Positions 8,866-21,235 of a DNA stretch of 64,000 nucleotides are shown here, piece by piece. This DNA comes from Thermodesulfobacteriota bacterium (GTDB taxonomy: Bacteria > Desulfobacterota_D > UBA1144), in NCBI GenBank assembly GCA_030835345.1, contig JAURPH010000006.1:703-64702 (forward strand). The letters run 5' to 3'. Within the stretch, counting starts at the first letter, position 1; every line of letters starts with the position of its first letter. Below the pieces are notes generated by a model that was not told the origin of the DNA, did not search any database, and saw only the letters and a list, made by a program, of their open reading frames with translations. A program made the position numbers and the translations under genes.

Positions 8866-10146
8866 ATGAGTTTAGATAGTATTAATAAAGAAGTAAAGTC
8901 TGAAATAGATAGTCTTTTAAGGCAGACTAGAGATGCCTCATTACAAATTGCCAAATTAGATACAAGTATTAAAAATAAAATTTTAAATGATGTTGCAGAA
9001 AATTTAAGAAAAGCTGAAAATGAAATAATATCTGCAAACAATATGGATTTAGATTCGCTAAATCCAAAAGATTATACATCAGCTTTTTACGATAGATTAA
9101 AATTAGATTCTCCAAGAATTAACCAAATGATTTCAAACATATTGGAGGTGATAGGTCTTGATGATCCTGTTGGAAAGAGAAGATATTTGTATGATAGACC
9201 TAATGGTATAAAAGTATTCAAACAATCTATTCCACTTGGCGTTATGTCTATAATCTATGAGTCTAGGCCAAATGTTACCTCAGATGCAGCATCATTATGT
9301 TTAAAGTCTGGTAATTCTGTAATATTGAGAGGTGGTTCAGAAAGTTTCAATACTAATAAAATTATTGTTGAAATAATAAAGGATTCCTTGAGTCAGAATA
9401 AAATTAACCCTGATGGCGTAAACCTTGTTCCATATACCGATAGGGATGTAATGAAATATATTTTAAGAAAAGATGAGTTAATTGATCTAATAATACCAAG
9501 AGGCGGTGAGGGATTAATAAGATTTGTTTCTCAAAATTCATCAATACCAGTTATAAAACATTATAAAGGTGTTTGCCATGTTTATATTGATCTAAAAGCT
9601 AATCTTGATATTGCACATTCTGTTGCAATAAATTCTAAAGTTCAGAGACCCGGAGTCTGTAATGCAATGGAAACACTAATTATCAATAAGAATCTTCCGA
9701 AAGAATTTATTGAGAATTTATTGAGGGACTTAAAAGAGAATAAAGTTAAATTAAGAGGGGAAAAGGATTTGTCCTCTTTCATAAATCCGGACAGCTTTAT
9801 AGAGCTTGAAGAGATAGATTTTGAAAATGAATATCTTGATTTAGAGTTAAATATAAAATTAGTAGATTCAGTAGCTTCAGCAATTACTCATATTGAGAGA
9901 TATGGATCTTTGCATACGGAATCAATAATTACTGAAGATGAAAATGTGAAAGAACAATTCATAAATAGCCTAAATTCATCTGCAATATTTCATAATATAT
10001 CTACAAGATTTAATGATGGGAATGAATTAGGTCTCGGAGCTGAGATTGGAATTAGCACCACTAAGTTGCATGCATTTGGTCCTATGGGATTGAATGAACT
10101 TACTTCCGAAAAGTTTGTTGTGACCGGTAGTGGTCAAATAAAGTAA
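8866..10146 (+). CDS. proA: Gamma-glutamyl phosphate reductase (glutamate-5-semialdehyde dehydrogenase)
   Basis: ALDH-fold with catalytic Cys context GVCNAMETL. Start moved to ATG 8866 (MSLDSINKEV), which gives 426 aa. The 8758 start would overlap ndk. Confidence 0.88.
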   Translation: MSLDSINKEVKSEIDSLLRQTRDASLQIAKLDTSIKNKILNDVAENLRKAENEIISANNMDLDSLNPKDYTSAFYDRLKLDSPRINQMISNILEVIGLDDPVGKRRYLYDRPNGIKVFKQSIPLGVMSIIYESRPNVTSDAASLCLKSGNSVILRGGSESFNTNKIIVEIIKDSLSQNKINPDGVNLVPYTDRDVMKYILRKDELIDLIIPRGGEGLIRFVSQNSSIPVIKHYKGVCHVYIDLKANLDIAHSVAINSKVQRPGVCNAMETLIINKNLPKEFIENLLRDLKENKVKLRGEKDLSSFINPDSFIELEEIDFENEYLDLELNIKLVDSVASAITHIERYGSLHTESIITEDENVKEQFINSLNSSAIFHNISTRFNDGNELGLGAEIGISTTKLHAFGPMGLNELTSEKFVVTGSGQIK

Positions 10147-10153
10147 AGCTATA

Positions 10154-11734
10154 ATGTTAAAGAGAATATTCTTAAAAAATTATTTAACAATTAAACATCT
10201 TGAGGTCAGCTTTGACCAAGGACTGAACATACTAACAGGTGAGACTGGTGCGGGTAAGTCACTTATACTTGGAGCTATAGAAGTATTCGCTCAAAAGAGA
10301 TTTCCCAAAGAACTTAAAAAAATTGATAGTGAAGATTTAGAAATAGAGATAAGTATTCAGGATGACAAAAAAAATATTTCACTTAAACGAGTAGTGGATA
10401 AAAAATATCAGTCCATATTTTATATTGATGAATCAAAGGTAAAGTTTGAAAAAATTTTAGAAATTTTTAATGAATTTTTTTTATTCTTTGGACAAAAATC
10501 AGCATCAAAACTTTTACTTCAAAAAAATCATATAAATTATTTCGATCAATACATTATGATAAGCAATAGTTTAGTTAACTTAAATGATTTATATACTGAT
10601 TATGATTCTATAAAAAGAAATTTAGATAAGCAAAAAAAACTTCAGAAGGAATTATTAGAAAAAGAAGAGTTTTATCGTTTTAAGTTAAAAGAATTGAACA
10701 AGCTTGAAATTGAAAGTGATGAGGAAGAACTAGAAATCTTAGCTAAATTAAAAAATAATAACTCACTAAAGAAGAATAATGAGTCTATAAGTGAGATTAT
10801 CAGCAAAATTGACAACTTACTTCTAAAAGAGATTTATCAATTATCTAAAAAAATTGTCAAAATTGATGCTATATCTATTTTAGATGAGAAAATATGTGAT
10901 GCATCGACCTCCCTGGAGGAAGTTTCTTATGAGTTATCAAAATTAATAAATACATTCGAAGATTATAATGAAGATTTTGATGCCCTTGAGGATAAGATTT
11001 TTACATCAAAAGAATTAAGAAGAAAATATGGTTTGACTTTAGATAAGTTGATAGAAGAACGTACCTTAATACAATCAGCATTAGACAATTCCTCTGACCT
11101 TGAAGATAAAATTATTTCATTGGAGAATAGGCTTAAGCTTGCTTACGATCAACTATATGCAGAAAGTTTAAATTTGTCCGAGAAAAGAAAAAAATTGTCG
11201 GGCTCTTTTTCTTTAAAAATACAAAAACATTTAAAAGACATGGGTATCAAGGATTGTTCCTGGATTGTTTCCTTCAGAGAAAAAGATGTTTCACCCGAGG
11301 GTATAGATGATTTAGAGTTTTTATTTTCTTCAACCAATGAACTCCCACCCGATTCATTAAATAAAGTCGCTTCTGGTGGTGAAGCTTCTCGAATTTTATT
11401 GGCTATATCCTTAGAGCTTTCAAAGAGTTTTAAGTCAAAAGTTGTAATTTTTGATGAACCAGATGTTGGTTTGGGTGGGGCAATAGCTGAGAAATTGGGT
11501 CAGAAAATTTTTAACTTATCATCCAATGTGCAAGTTTTATGTATTAGTCATCTTCCACAAGTTGCATCCTTTGCAAAAAATCATTTGCTTGTTAAGAAAG
11601 TTTTAAATAAAGAAGAATCAATAAGTATTAATTCATTATCAAGAAATGGAAGAATTGACGAAATTGCTAGGATGTTGAGTGGAGAAGTTCTTGAGGAAGA
11701 AGCATATTCATTAGCAAAGAAAATGATTAAATAA
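10154..11734 (+). CDS. recN: DNA repair protein RecN
   Basis: N-terminal Walker A GETGAGKS. Long coiled-coil middle. C-terminal SMC signature ASGGEASRILLAI and Walker B IFDEPDVGL. 526 aa. Confidence 0.85.
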   Translation: MLKRIFLKNYLTIKHLEVSFDQGLNILTGETGAGKSLILGAIEVFAQKRFPKELKKIDSEDLEIEISIQDDKKNISLKRVVDKKYQSIFYIDESKVKFEKILEIFNEFFLFFGQKSASKLLLQKNHINYFDQYIMISNSLVNLNDLYTDYDSIKRNLDKQKKLQKELLEKEEFYRFKLKELNKLEIESDEEELEILAKLKNNNSLKKNNESISEIISKIDNLLLKEIYQLSKKIVKIDAISILDEKICDASTSLEEVSYELSKLINTFEDYNEDFDALEDKIFTSKELRRKYGLTLDKLIEERTLIQSALDNSSDLEDKIISLENRLKLAYDQLYAESLNLSEKRKKLSGSFSLKIQKHLKDMGIKDCSWIVSFREKDVSPEGIDDLEFLFSSTNELPPDSLNKVASGGEASRILLAISLELSKSFKSKVVIFDEPDVGLGGAIAEKLGQKIFNLSSNVQVLCISHLPQVASFAKNHLLVKKVLNKEESISINSLSRNGRIDEIARMLSGEVLEEEAYSLAKKMIK

Positions 11735-12269
11735 TTAACACCATTGCAGTAACAACAGTAATCCAATTCCTATCCTCAGGACCTTCGCCATAACTAGTAA
11801 GTTCTCTTGTTTTAACTGTGTGCCCACTTATCTTCCAAATATCTTTTTGTTCATTATAATTTTTTTCAGCATCAAAAGGTGCTCCAAGTGTCGTAGCAAG
11901 CATGTAAGCAGCCAAATTCTCGGCATATTCACCGGCCTCTCTTTTAGATTGGCCAAAACTGTGGTGTTCAGATAGATAGCCATGTTGTGATCTATCTGCT
12001 GGTATCGCTATACCAACAGATGAAGCAACTTTTCTTCCGTGTTCATTAGTAGCCGCTTCACTCAATACAACGTATACAATTTGCCCTGGCGATAATTTCT
12101 TTAAGCCCTCTTTTTTAGAGATTATCTTGCAGAAGGGAGGCATAATACTTGAAACTTTCACTAAGTTAAATTCGGCAATACCAGCATCTCTCAGTGCCAT
12201 CTCAAAACTGGTCAGCTTCTCTTTACTAACTCCTTTTCCTTTTGTTAAAAAAGAAAACTTTGGAACCAT
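11727..12269 (-). CDS. pdaD: Pyruvoyl-dependent arginine decarboxylase (archaeal-type PdaD/AaxB family)
   Basis: 180 aa. GIAEFNLVKVSSIMPP matches the PdaD self-cleavage (Ser-Ser) region GIGNVNLIRISSIMPP of the archaeal enzymes. Confidence 0.8.
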   Translation of the reverse strand: MVPKFSFLTKGKGVSKEKLTSFEMALRDAGIAEFNLVKVSSIMPPFCKIISKKEGLKKLSPGQIVYVVLSEAATNEHGRKVASSVGIAIPADRSQHGYLSEHHSFGQSKREAGEYAENLAAYMLATTLGAPFDAEKNYNEQKDIWKISGHTVKTRELTSYGEGPEDRNWITVVTAMVLII

Positions 12270-12374
12270 ATTTCACCTCATTTAAAAAAACTAATTTATT
12301 TAAAACTATTTAAATTAATTAGTCAATTCAAAATCTTAAGTTTATATTTAACTTTATATATAAGGTTGTAACAA

Positions 12375-13169
12375 ATGAATAATTTTTTAAAAAGACTTAT
12401 AACATGTTTAATTCTCGCACCCATAACACTGTATGTAGTCTATGAAGGGAAGCTAGCATTATTATTTTTTATAATTTTGATTTGTATCATAGCTAGCTTT
12501 GAATTAACCACTATTATTTTGGAAAAAAATAAGAATTTTAAATTTTTATCAATTATTTGTTCTGCCTTGTTACCTATTGCTGCATTTTATGATGTTTCAA
12601 TTTTCTTTAACTTGGCATCTTTTTATATCTCAATATGGATTATTAGATTTCTGTATAAAAAAATTATGTTTACAAACTTCTGGTCTTCATATTTTTTTGT
12701 AATTATATATTCTAGTATTGGAATAAGCTTTTCAATTATTATAAGAAATTTAGAGAATGGATTTTACTTATTATTGATTCCCATAATATTAAGTTCAGTG
12801 AATGATATAACCGCATATATTATTGGAAAGAATTTTGGTAATAAGAAAGCATTCCCCACTGTCAGCCCCAATAAAACATTTGAAGGATCATTTGCTGGTG
12901 TAATAGGTACAATTGTAGTTTCATATTTTTTGTTCAAATATTTGAATCTAAACATTGGAATTTCTAAATCAATAACTGTAGGTTTGATAGTAGCCGTAAT
13001 GGGTATTTTAGGTGATTTGTTAGAATCAGTAATAAAAAGAAAATCAGGAATTAAAGATTCAGGCAGTATCTTGCCAGGACATGGAGGAATTTTAGATAGA
13101 ATTGACAGTTTAATTTTAATTTTACCTATCTTCTATTTAATTATCATTCTATTTAATGTAAATAGTTAG
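12375..13169 (+). CDS. cdsA: Phosphatidate cytidylyltransferase (CDP-diglyceride synthase)
   Basis: Multi-TM protein. Signature SPNKTFEGSFAG ... PGHGGILDRIDSL. Confidence 0.9.
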   Translation: MNNFLKRLITCLILAPITLYVVYEGKLALLFFIILICIIASFELTTIILEKNKNFKFLSIICSALLPIAAFYDVSIFFNLASFYISIWIIRFLYKKIMFTNFWSSYFFVIIYSSIGISFSIIIRNLENGFYLLLIPIILSSVNDITAYIIGKNFGNKKAFPTVSPNKTFEGSFAGVIGTIVVSYFLFKYLNLNIGISKSITVGLIVAVMGILGDLLESVIKRKSGIKDSGSILPGHGGILDRIDSLILILPIFYLIIILFNVNS

Positions 13170-13170
13170 T

Positions 13171-14565
13171 ATGAAAAGAAGCAAAAGAGTTTTTGATAAG
13201 TCTAAGGTAAACATATTTCCTTTTTTTGTTTTAATTGCGGTTATAGCAATTTGTTATGTTGGTTACATTCAATTTTTCAATACACCTAAATTTAGATTAA
13301 ATTCAGCTGATCAAATCTCTACAGCAGGATTTTCAGCTCAAATAAACTCAGAGAATGTATTAATCAAATCAATAGAAATTTTTTTAATAGTAGAGAATGA
13401 CAAAACATTCATGATTTATAGTAAAGACGAATTCGATGATTCAAAATCAACGCATGATATTGATGTTGGTTTTAATGAGAATTCTGAATTTATTAAATAT
13501 ATAAAAAAAGCAAAAGACACTGAATTAACTCTTTCTTACAATATTCAATATAGAAATAAATTTTTTAACTCTGAATTAAACGACTCTTATTTGATTAGTG
13601 TTGATTTTAAACCTCCTGAAATATCAAACATAGAGACTGATGGCTATGTTTACCTTGGAGGTATCGGATATATAAAACTTAAATCATCTTTAGATGTATC
13701 CAAGCTTTACTTGGATAATGGCAATGGTGATTTATTTTATCCAATATCAAATAAAAAAAATGATTTTATTGAGCATTTAATTTTTTTCACATGTTCAAAT
13801 AAGCCATGTAAGGACAATGGAGTAAAAATTTATGCTGAAGATTTTGCAAAGAACTCAACAGTAGTTTTTAGAAAAATACGAACTATAAAAAATAAAAAAT
13901 GGCCTGAATATTTAATTAAAATTGATAGAAAGAGTTTTACAGACAAATATAATGAAATTTTAAATTCAAATATAGAGATGATTAATAAGAATGATTTTCT
14001 AAGAATAAACAAAGTTGAAAGGGCATTGAATGAATCTAAAATAAAAAAAATAACGACTAACATTAATCCAAAAAAATACTTCATTGGTTCATTTAACCAA
14101 TTAGCAAATTCTAAAGTTTTTTCCAAATTTAGTGAAAAAAGAAGATATTATTTCTCAGATTCTGAAGATGAAATTATAGATATACAATTACATTGGGGAT
14201 ACGATTTATCCTCAATACAAAATGCTGAAGTTTTTGCAGCTAACTCCGGTATTGTAGTTAACGTGGATAATGCATTGGGTATTTATGGAAGTGTTGTAAT
14301 TATCGATCATGGCCTGGGCTTTTATTCTCTCTACAGCCATTTAAATAATATTTATGTTAAAAAGGGTGATATTGTTGATAAGAGTACTTTGATTGGATTG
14401 ACAGGAACGTCTGGAATGGCCTTTGGGGATCATTTACATTTAGGCATATATCTTCAAGGAGTGCCCATTGATCCAGTTGAATTTTGGGATAGTAAGTATA
14501 TGAATTTGAAAATTGATGAACCGTATGAGGCTTTTTCTAGTAAGTCTAGTGAAGTAAATAATTGA
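13171..14565 (+). CDS. M23-family metallopeptidase (LytM domain) with N-terminal membrane anchor and about 300-aa uncharacterised periplasmic region
   Basis: C-terminal LytM motifs HWGYD ... GLTGTSGMAFGDHLHLGIYLQGVPIDP. N-terminal hydrophobic helix. Confidence 0.75.
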   Translation: MKRSKRVFDKSKVNIFPFFVLIAVIAICYVGYIQFFNTPKFRLNSADQISTAGFSAQINSENVLIKSIEIFLIVENDKTFMIYSKDEFDDSKSTHDIDVGFNENSEFIKYIKKAKDTELTLSYNIQYRNKFFNSELNDSYLISVDFKPPEISNIETDGYVYLGGIGYIKLKSSLDVSKLYLDNGNGDLFYPISNKKNDFIEHLIFFTCSNKPCKDNGVKIYAEDFAKNSTVVFRKIRTIKNKKWPEYLIKIDRKSFTDKYNEILNSNIEMINKNDFLRINKVERALNESKIKKITTNINPKKYFIGSFNQLANSKVFSKFSEKRRYYFSDSEDEIIDIQLHWGYDLSSIQNAEVFAANSGIVVNVDNALGIYGSVVIIDHGLGFYSLYSHLNNIYVKKGDIVDKSTLIGLTGTSGMAFGDHLHLGIYLQGVPIDPVEFWDSKYMNLKIDEPYEAFSSKSSEVNN

Positions 14566-15281
14566 AAATGATAATTTTTGGGCAACATCCAGTAAAGGAC
14601 TTACTTTTGAATTCTTCCGTAAGAGTGAAGAGGATTTATGTAAAAAATAAGAGTATTTTGGATGAGTTAGTAAAAATAAATAAAAGCATTCAAAACATTG
14701 ATCACTTAAAAATCTCTGAAAAAGATTTCTATGATTTAACAAAGAGTAATTCTCATCAAGGGCTTGCGGCTGAAATTGATACTCCTAAGTTGTATGGATA
14801 TTCTGATTTTAAAAAAAACATCGATAAATTCGGAAGAATAATTGTCGTTATTGATCATGTTAATGATCCACATAATTTAGGGGCAATCATAAGATCTTGT
14901 GTTTTTTTTGATATTGATACCATCATAATCCCTAAAAATAGGACTGCATCAATTACACCAGGTGCTATTAAATCCTCAGCAGGTGCAATTTTTAAATCAA
15001 CTATATATGAAGTTCCTAATTTAAAAAATATATTAATAGAATTAAAGAAAATGGATTATTGGGTCATTGGAGCTGACATACATGGCGAAAATATTAACTC
15101 AGCCATATTTGATCAATACACAGATGCAAAACTCGTCATAGTTTTGGGTTCAGAAAATAAAGGTATCTCGAAAATAATAAAAAAAAATTGTGACTTAATT
15201 GCTCGTATAAATAATTCGGGCAAAACAGATTCTTTAAATGTTAGTGTTGCTTCAGGGATATTTTTAAATAGGTTTTCATAA
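14562..15281 (+). CDS. rlmB: SpoU/TrmH-family RNA 2'-O-methyltransferase (23S rRNA Gm2251 MTase RlmB-like)
   Basis: N-terminal substrate-binding region. SPOUT motifs DHVNDPHNLGAIIRS, VLGSENKGIS and LNVSVASGI. Confidence 0.8.
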   Translation: MKMIIFGQHPVKDLLLNSSVRVKRIYVKNKSILDELVKINKSIQNIDHLKISEKDFYDLTKSNSHQGLAAEIDTPKLYGYSDFKKNIDKFGRIIVVIDHVNDPHNLGAIIRSCVFFDIDTIIIPKNRTASITPGAIKSSAGAIFKSTIYEVPNLKNILIELKKMDYWVIGADIHGENINSAIFDQYTDAKLVIVLGSENKGISKIIKKNCDLIARINNSGKTDSLNVSVASGIFLNRFS

Positions 15282-15284
15282 TAT

Positions 15285-18020
<2,736 letters not shown>

Positions 18021-18064
18021 TTAGAGTTTTTTGAATTAAAACACTCAAATGATATATTTTTTTA

Positions 18065-18811
18065 ATGAAGGTTTTGTTTCTAGGTTGCGGCTCATCAGTA
18101 GGAAGCCCAGTTATTGGGAGAGAGATTGATTCTTTTGATAGTAAGAACTTTAGGACAAGAAGTTCAGTTCTTATCACTGAAAATAATAAAAATATTTTAA
18201 TTGATACAGGCGCTGATTTTAGATATCAAGCTTTAAAGTTCAAAGTAAAGAAAATTGATTTTGTTCTTTATACTCACTCCCATGCTGATCATACTCATGG
18301 AATTGATGATCTAAGAATATTCAGCTATATCAAAAAAGATAAAATAAATTGCTTTGCAAACAACCACACCATACGTGATATCAAAAAAAATTTTTCATAT
18401 ATTTTTAATCCAGTAAACATGTCTGGTCGACCAAGATTAAAAATGACGGAAGTGAGAGATTCGTTTGTAGAACAAGGTGTGAGTATTATCCCACTTGAAA
18501 TAAAACATAAGGATTGGGACATATTAGGTTATAGAATTAATAACTTTGCATATATAACAGACTGTAGTTCTATCCCTGACAATACTATTCAAAAGTTAAA
18601 GGGACTTGATTTGCTGATATTGGATTCCCTAAGGTTTTCACCACATGAATCGCATTTGTCAGTTGATCAAGCAATCGAAATTGTAGACATCTTGAAACCA
18701 AAACAAACTATTTTAACCCATTTAAGTTCAGATTTAGATTATTATGAGCTCTTAGAGTATTTGCCAAATAATATAAAACCAGGATTTGATGGTTTAATTC
18801 TTGATATATAA
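18065..18811 (+). CDS. MBL-fold metallo-hydrolase (PhnP/GPMP-like)
   Basis: HSHADHTHG (HxHxDH) motif. 248 aa. Confidence 0.7.
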   Translation: MKVLFLGCGSSVGSPVIGREIDSFDSKNFRTRSSVLITENNKNILIDTGADFRYQALKFKVKKIDFVLYTHSHADHTHGIDDLRIFSYIKKDKINCFANNHTIRDIKKNFSYIFNPVNMSGRPRLKMTEVRDSFVEQGVSIIPLEIKHKDWDILGYRINNFAYITDCSSIPDNTIQKLKGLDLLILDSLRFSPHESHLSVDQAIEIVDILKPKQTILTHLSSDLDYYELLEYLPNNIKPGFDGLILDI

Positions 18812-18827
18812 TATAATTTACAAAATA

Positions 18828-20051
18828 ATGCATAATCTTAGGTCACAATTAATTAATAATAATAAAGCAAAAATTCTTCTAATCGTGTTAGATGGTGTAG
18901 GTGGAATACCAAATAATACTAAAACCGAATTGGAATCTGCTAAGACACCTAACTTGGACAAGTTAGCAATTAAATCTGAGACTGGATGCCATACTCCAAT
19001 CATACATGGATTAACACCTGGAAGCGGTTCTGCCCATCTTTCTCTCTTTGGCTATGATCCAATGGAATTTGATATAGGGAGAGGTGTCCTAGAAGCACTA
19101 GGATTGGACCTAGAGATTAAAAATACTGATTTAGCCATAAGGGGTAATTTTGCAACTATAAAAAAAAATGGTGCTAAACTTATTGTTACAGATAGAAGAG
19201 CGGGAAGAATTGACACCAAAACAAATGAAAGGTTAATAAAAAAATTATCAACTCAAATAAAAAAAATAGGTAATTATCAAATATTATTTAAATCAGGAAT
19301 TGATCATCGATTCGTGGTAAAAATAATATCTCCCAATAAAATAGATGATTCAAATTGTTTAATTCAAGATACAGATCCGCAATCTGAGGGATTACAACCG
19401 CTATCAGCGAAGAATCTAAACACAAAGTCTAAGGCACTATCTAAGATTATCATAAAATTGATTTCTTCAATTGAGGTTGTCTTAAAAGATGAGAATAAAG
19501 CTAACTATGCATTATTTAGGGGGTATTCAACATTTCCTGGTATTCCAACTTTCCAAGATTTATATGGAATTAAAGCAGCATCAATAACTACTTATCCTAT
19601 GTATAAGGGCATAAGTCGTTTAGTTGGTATGAGTCCATTAAAAGTAGATGCTAATTCAATTGATTCTCAGGTTTCAGTATTAATTAAAAATATTGATAAA
19701 TATGATTTCTTTTATTTGCATATCAAAAAAACAGACAGTTACGGAGAAGATGGTAACTTCAAAGAAAAAGTAAAAGTTATCGAGAAGTTTGACAAGCTTT
19801 TGCCCAAAATAAAAAAGTTAAACTTTGATGTTTTAGCCATAACAGGTGACCATAGTACTCCTTCAAAAATGAAAGGACATAGTTGGCATCCAGTTCCTGT
19901 AATAATAGAATCTAACAACTCTTTTAAGGGCATTTCGAAGAGGTTCACGGAAAAAGAGTGTCTAAAGGGAAATATGGGTATTTTTGAAGGTAAATATTTA
20001 CTAAATCTTATTTTTGCTCATGGACAAATGCTAAATAAATTTGGAGCTTAA
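18828..20051 (+). CDS. apgM: Cofactor-independent phosphoglycerate mutase, archaeal-type (ApgM)
   Basis: ILLIVLDGVGG N-terminal motif plus metalloenzyme-superfamily C-terminus with TGDHSTP. Start moved to ATG 18828 because the 18801 start overlaps the upstream gene. Confidence 0.78.
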   Translation: MHNLRSQLINNNKAKILLIVLDGVGGIPNNTKTELESAKTPNLDKLAIKSETGCHTPIIHGLTPGSGSAHLSLFGYDPMEFDIGRGVLEALGLDLEIKNTDLAIRGNFATIKKNGAKLIVTDRRAGRIDTKTNERLIKKLSTQIKKIGNYQILFKSGIDHRFVVKIISPNKIDDSNCLIQDTDPQSEGLQPLSAKNLNTKSKALSKIIIKLISSIEVVLKDENKANYALFRGYSTFPGIPTFQDLYGIKAASITTYPMYKGISRLVGMSPLKVDANSIDSQVSVLIKNIDKYDFFYLHIKKTDSYGEDGNFKEKVKVIEKFDKLLPKIKKLNFDVLAITGDHSTPSKMKGHSWHPVPVIIESNNSFKGISKRFTEKECLKGNMGIFEGKYLLNLIFAHGQMLNKFGA

Positions 20052-20133
20052 GCCGAAGTGGCGGAATTGGTAGACGCGCCATCTTGAGGGGGTGGTGCCT
20101 TCGGGTGTGCGGGTTCGAGTCCCGCCTTCGGCA
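20052..20133 (+). tRNA. tRNA-Leu (anticodon GAG)
   Basis: Cloverleaf with 7-bp acceptor GCCGAAG/CTTCGGC, anticodon loop TTGAGGG, long variable arm and T-loop GGTTCGAGTCC. No encoded CCA. Abuts the apgM stop codon. Confidence 0.85.
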
Positions 20134-20197
20134 ATACATTATACGAAAAATTAATATCAAAAATATATGTTTTCATTCAAATAGTAATTTTTTTGGT

Positions 20198-20203
20198 TAT
20201 AAT
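20198..20203 (+). promoter_or_regulatory. Candidate -10 box (TATAAT) only 6 nt upstream of the ATG of the CbiX-like gene; possible leaderless transcript
   Basis: Perfect TATAAT at 20198-20203. ATG at 20210. No Shine-Dalgarno between them. Confidence 0.25.
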
Positions 20204-20209
20204 ATTTTT

Positions 20210-20635
20210 ATGAAAAAAGGTATTGTAATTGTCGATCATGGTTCAAAGAAAATCGAAAGCAATAAAATGCTTGAAGAAGTAACTCACCTGTTTCATGATA
20301 AATTCAAAGATAAATATGATATAGTTGAACCTGCTCATATGGAGCTAGCTGAGCCCTCAATTGAAACAGCTTACAGGAATTGTGTTTCAAAGGGTGCAGA
20401 CTTTATAGTAATTTGTCCTTTTTTCCTCGGTCCTGGTAGACATTGGACGCAAGATATTCCAAGCATTGCAAGTGATGCCGCAAAGAATTTCCCTAATACT
20501 AATTATCATGTAGCTCTTCCTTTGGGTATTGATGATTTAATACTTGAGCTACTTGAAAAAAGGCTCAATCAATGTACTGGGAATCAATTTTCTTGTCCAT
20601 CTTGTGAAGGAACTTTAAGGGCTGGAAATATTTAA
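20210..20635 (+). CDS. CbiX/SirB-family (small) sirohydrochlorin chelatase-like protein
   Basis: 141 aa. VIVDHGS ... ICPFFLGPGRHW motifs of the CbiX small class. C-terminal CPSCEG. The ORF-track start at 20084 lies inside tRNA-Leu and is rejected. Confidence 0.6.
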   Translation: MKKGIVIVDHGSKKIESNKMLEEVTHLFHDKFKDKYDIVEPAHMELAEPSIETAYRNCVSKGADFIVICPFFLGPGRHWTQDIPSIASDAAKNFPNTNYHVALPLGIDDLILELLEKRLNQCTGNQFSCPSCEGTLRAGNI

Positions 20636-20671
20636 TTTCGTCAAATCAGTCTTTTCTTTTAAAATATATTC

Positions 20672-21235
20672 ATGATTATTAAAGGCGGATATCTAATTAT
20701 AGTCTCAGGACCATCAGGTTCAGGAAAATCTACAATAACGAAATCTTTATTGGAACAAGTTAAAAACTTAGATTTTTCAATTTCATGTACTACGAGACAA
20801 AAGAGGACGAATGAGCTAGATGGAGAGGACTATAAATTCGTGACAAAAGATATCTTTCAACAGATGATTCAAGAAAATCAGTTTTTAGAGCATGAAACTG
20901 TTCATAATGAACTTTATGGAACCCCAATAAATCCTATAAAAGAATCAGTAGAATTTGGCCATAGTGTTCTTTTAGATATAGATGTAAAAGGGGCTTCCTC
21001 AATAATGAATACAAATCATTTTGATTGTTGCTCTATATTTATTAAAACTCCCTCAATAGAGATTCTCAAGGAAAGATTATTCGCTAGAAATGACTTGTCT
21101 ACAGATAAAATTGAATCAAGGGTAGAAGAGGCTAGAAATGAACTTAAAAAATCCACATATTTTGATCATTTAGTAATAAATGATTCACTTGATGAAACTA
21201 TTAGTGAAGTTAAAAGGATTTTGGCAGCCCTATGA
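20672..21235 (+). CDS. gmk: Guanylate kinase
   Basis: P-loop GPSGSGKST. Signatures SCTTRQKR and ELYGT. Confidence 0.92.
   Translation: MIIKGGYLIIVSGPSGSGKSTITKSLLEQVKNLDFSISCTTRQKRTNELDGEDYKFVTKDIFQQMIQENQFLEHETVHNELYGTPINPIKESVEFGHSVLLDIDVKGASSIMNTNHFDCCSIFIKTPSIEILKERLFARNDLSTDKIESRVEEARNELKKSTYFDHLVINDSLDETISEVKRILAAL

Noticed and set aside
20084-20209. N-terminal extension of the CbiX-like ORF (MRGWCLRVCGFESRL...)
   Set aside because: The extension is a read-through of the tRNA-Leu sequence in a coding frame. I truncated the gene to ATG 20210.
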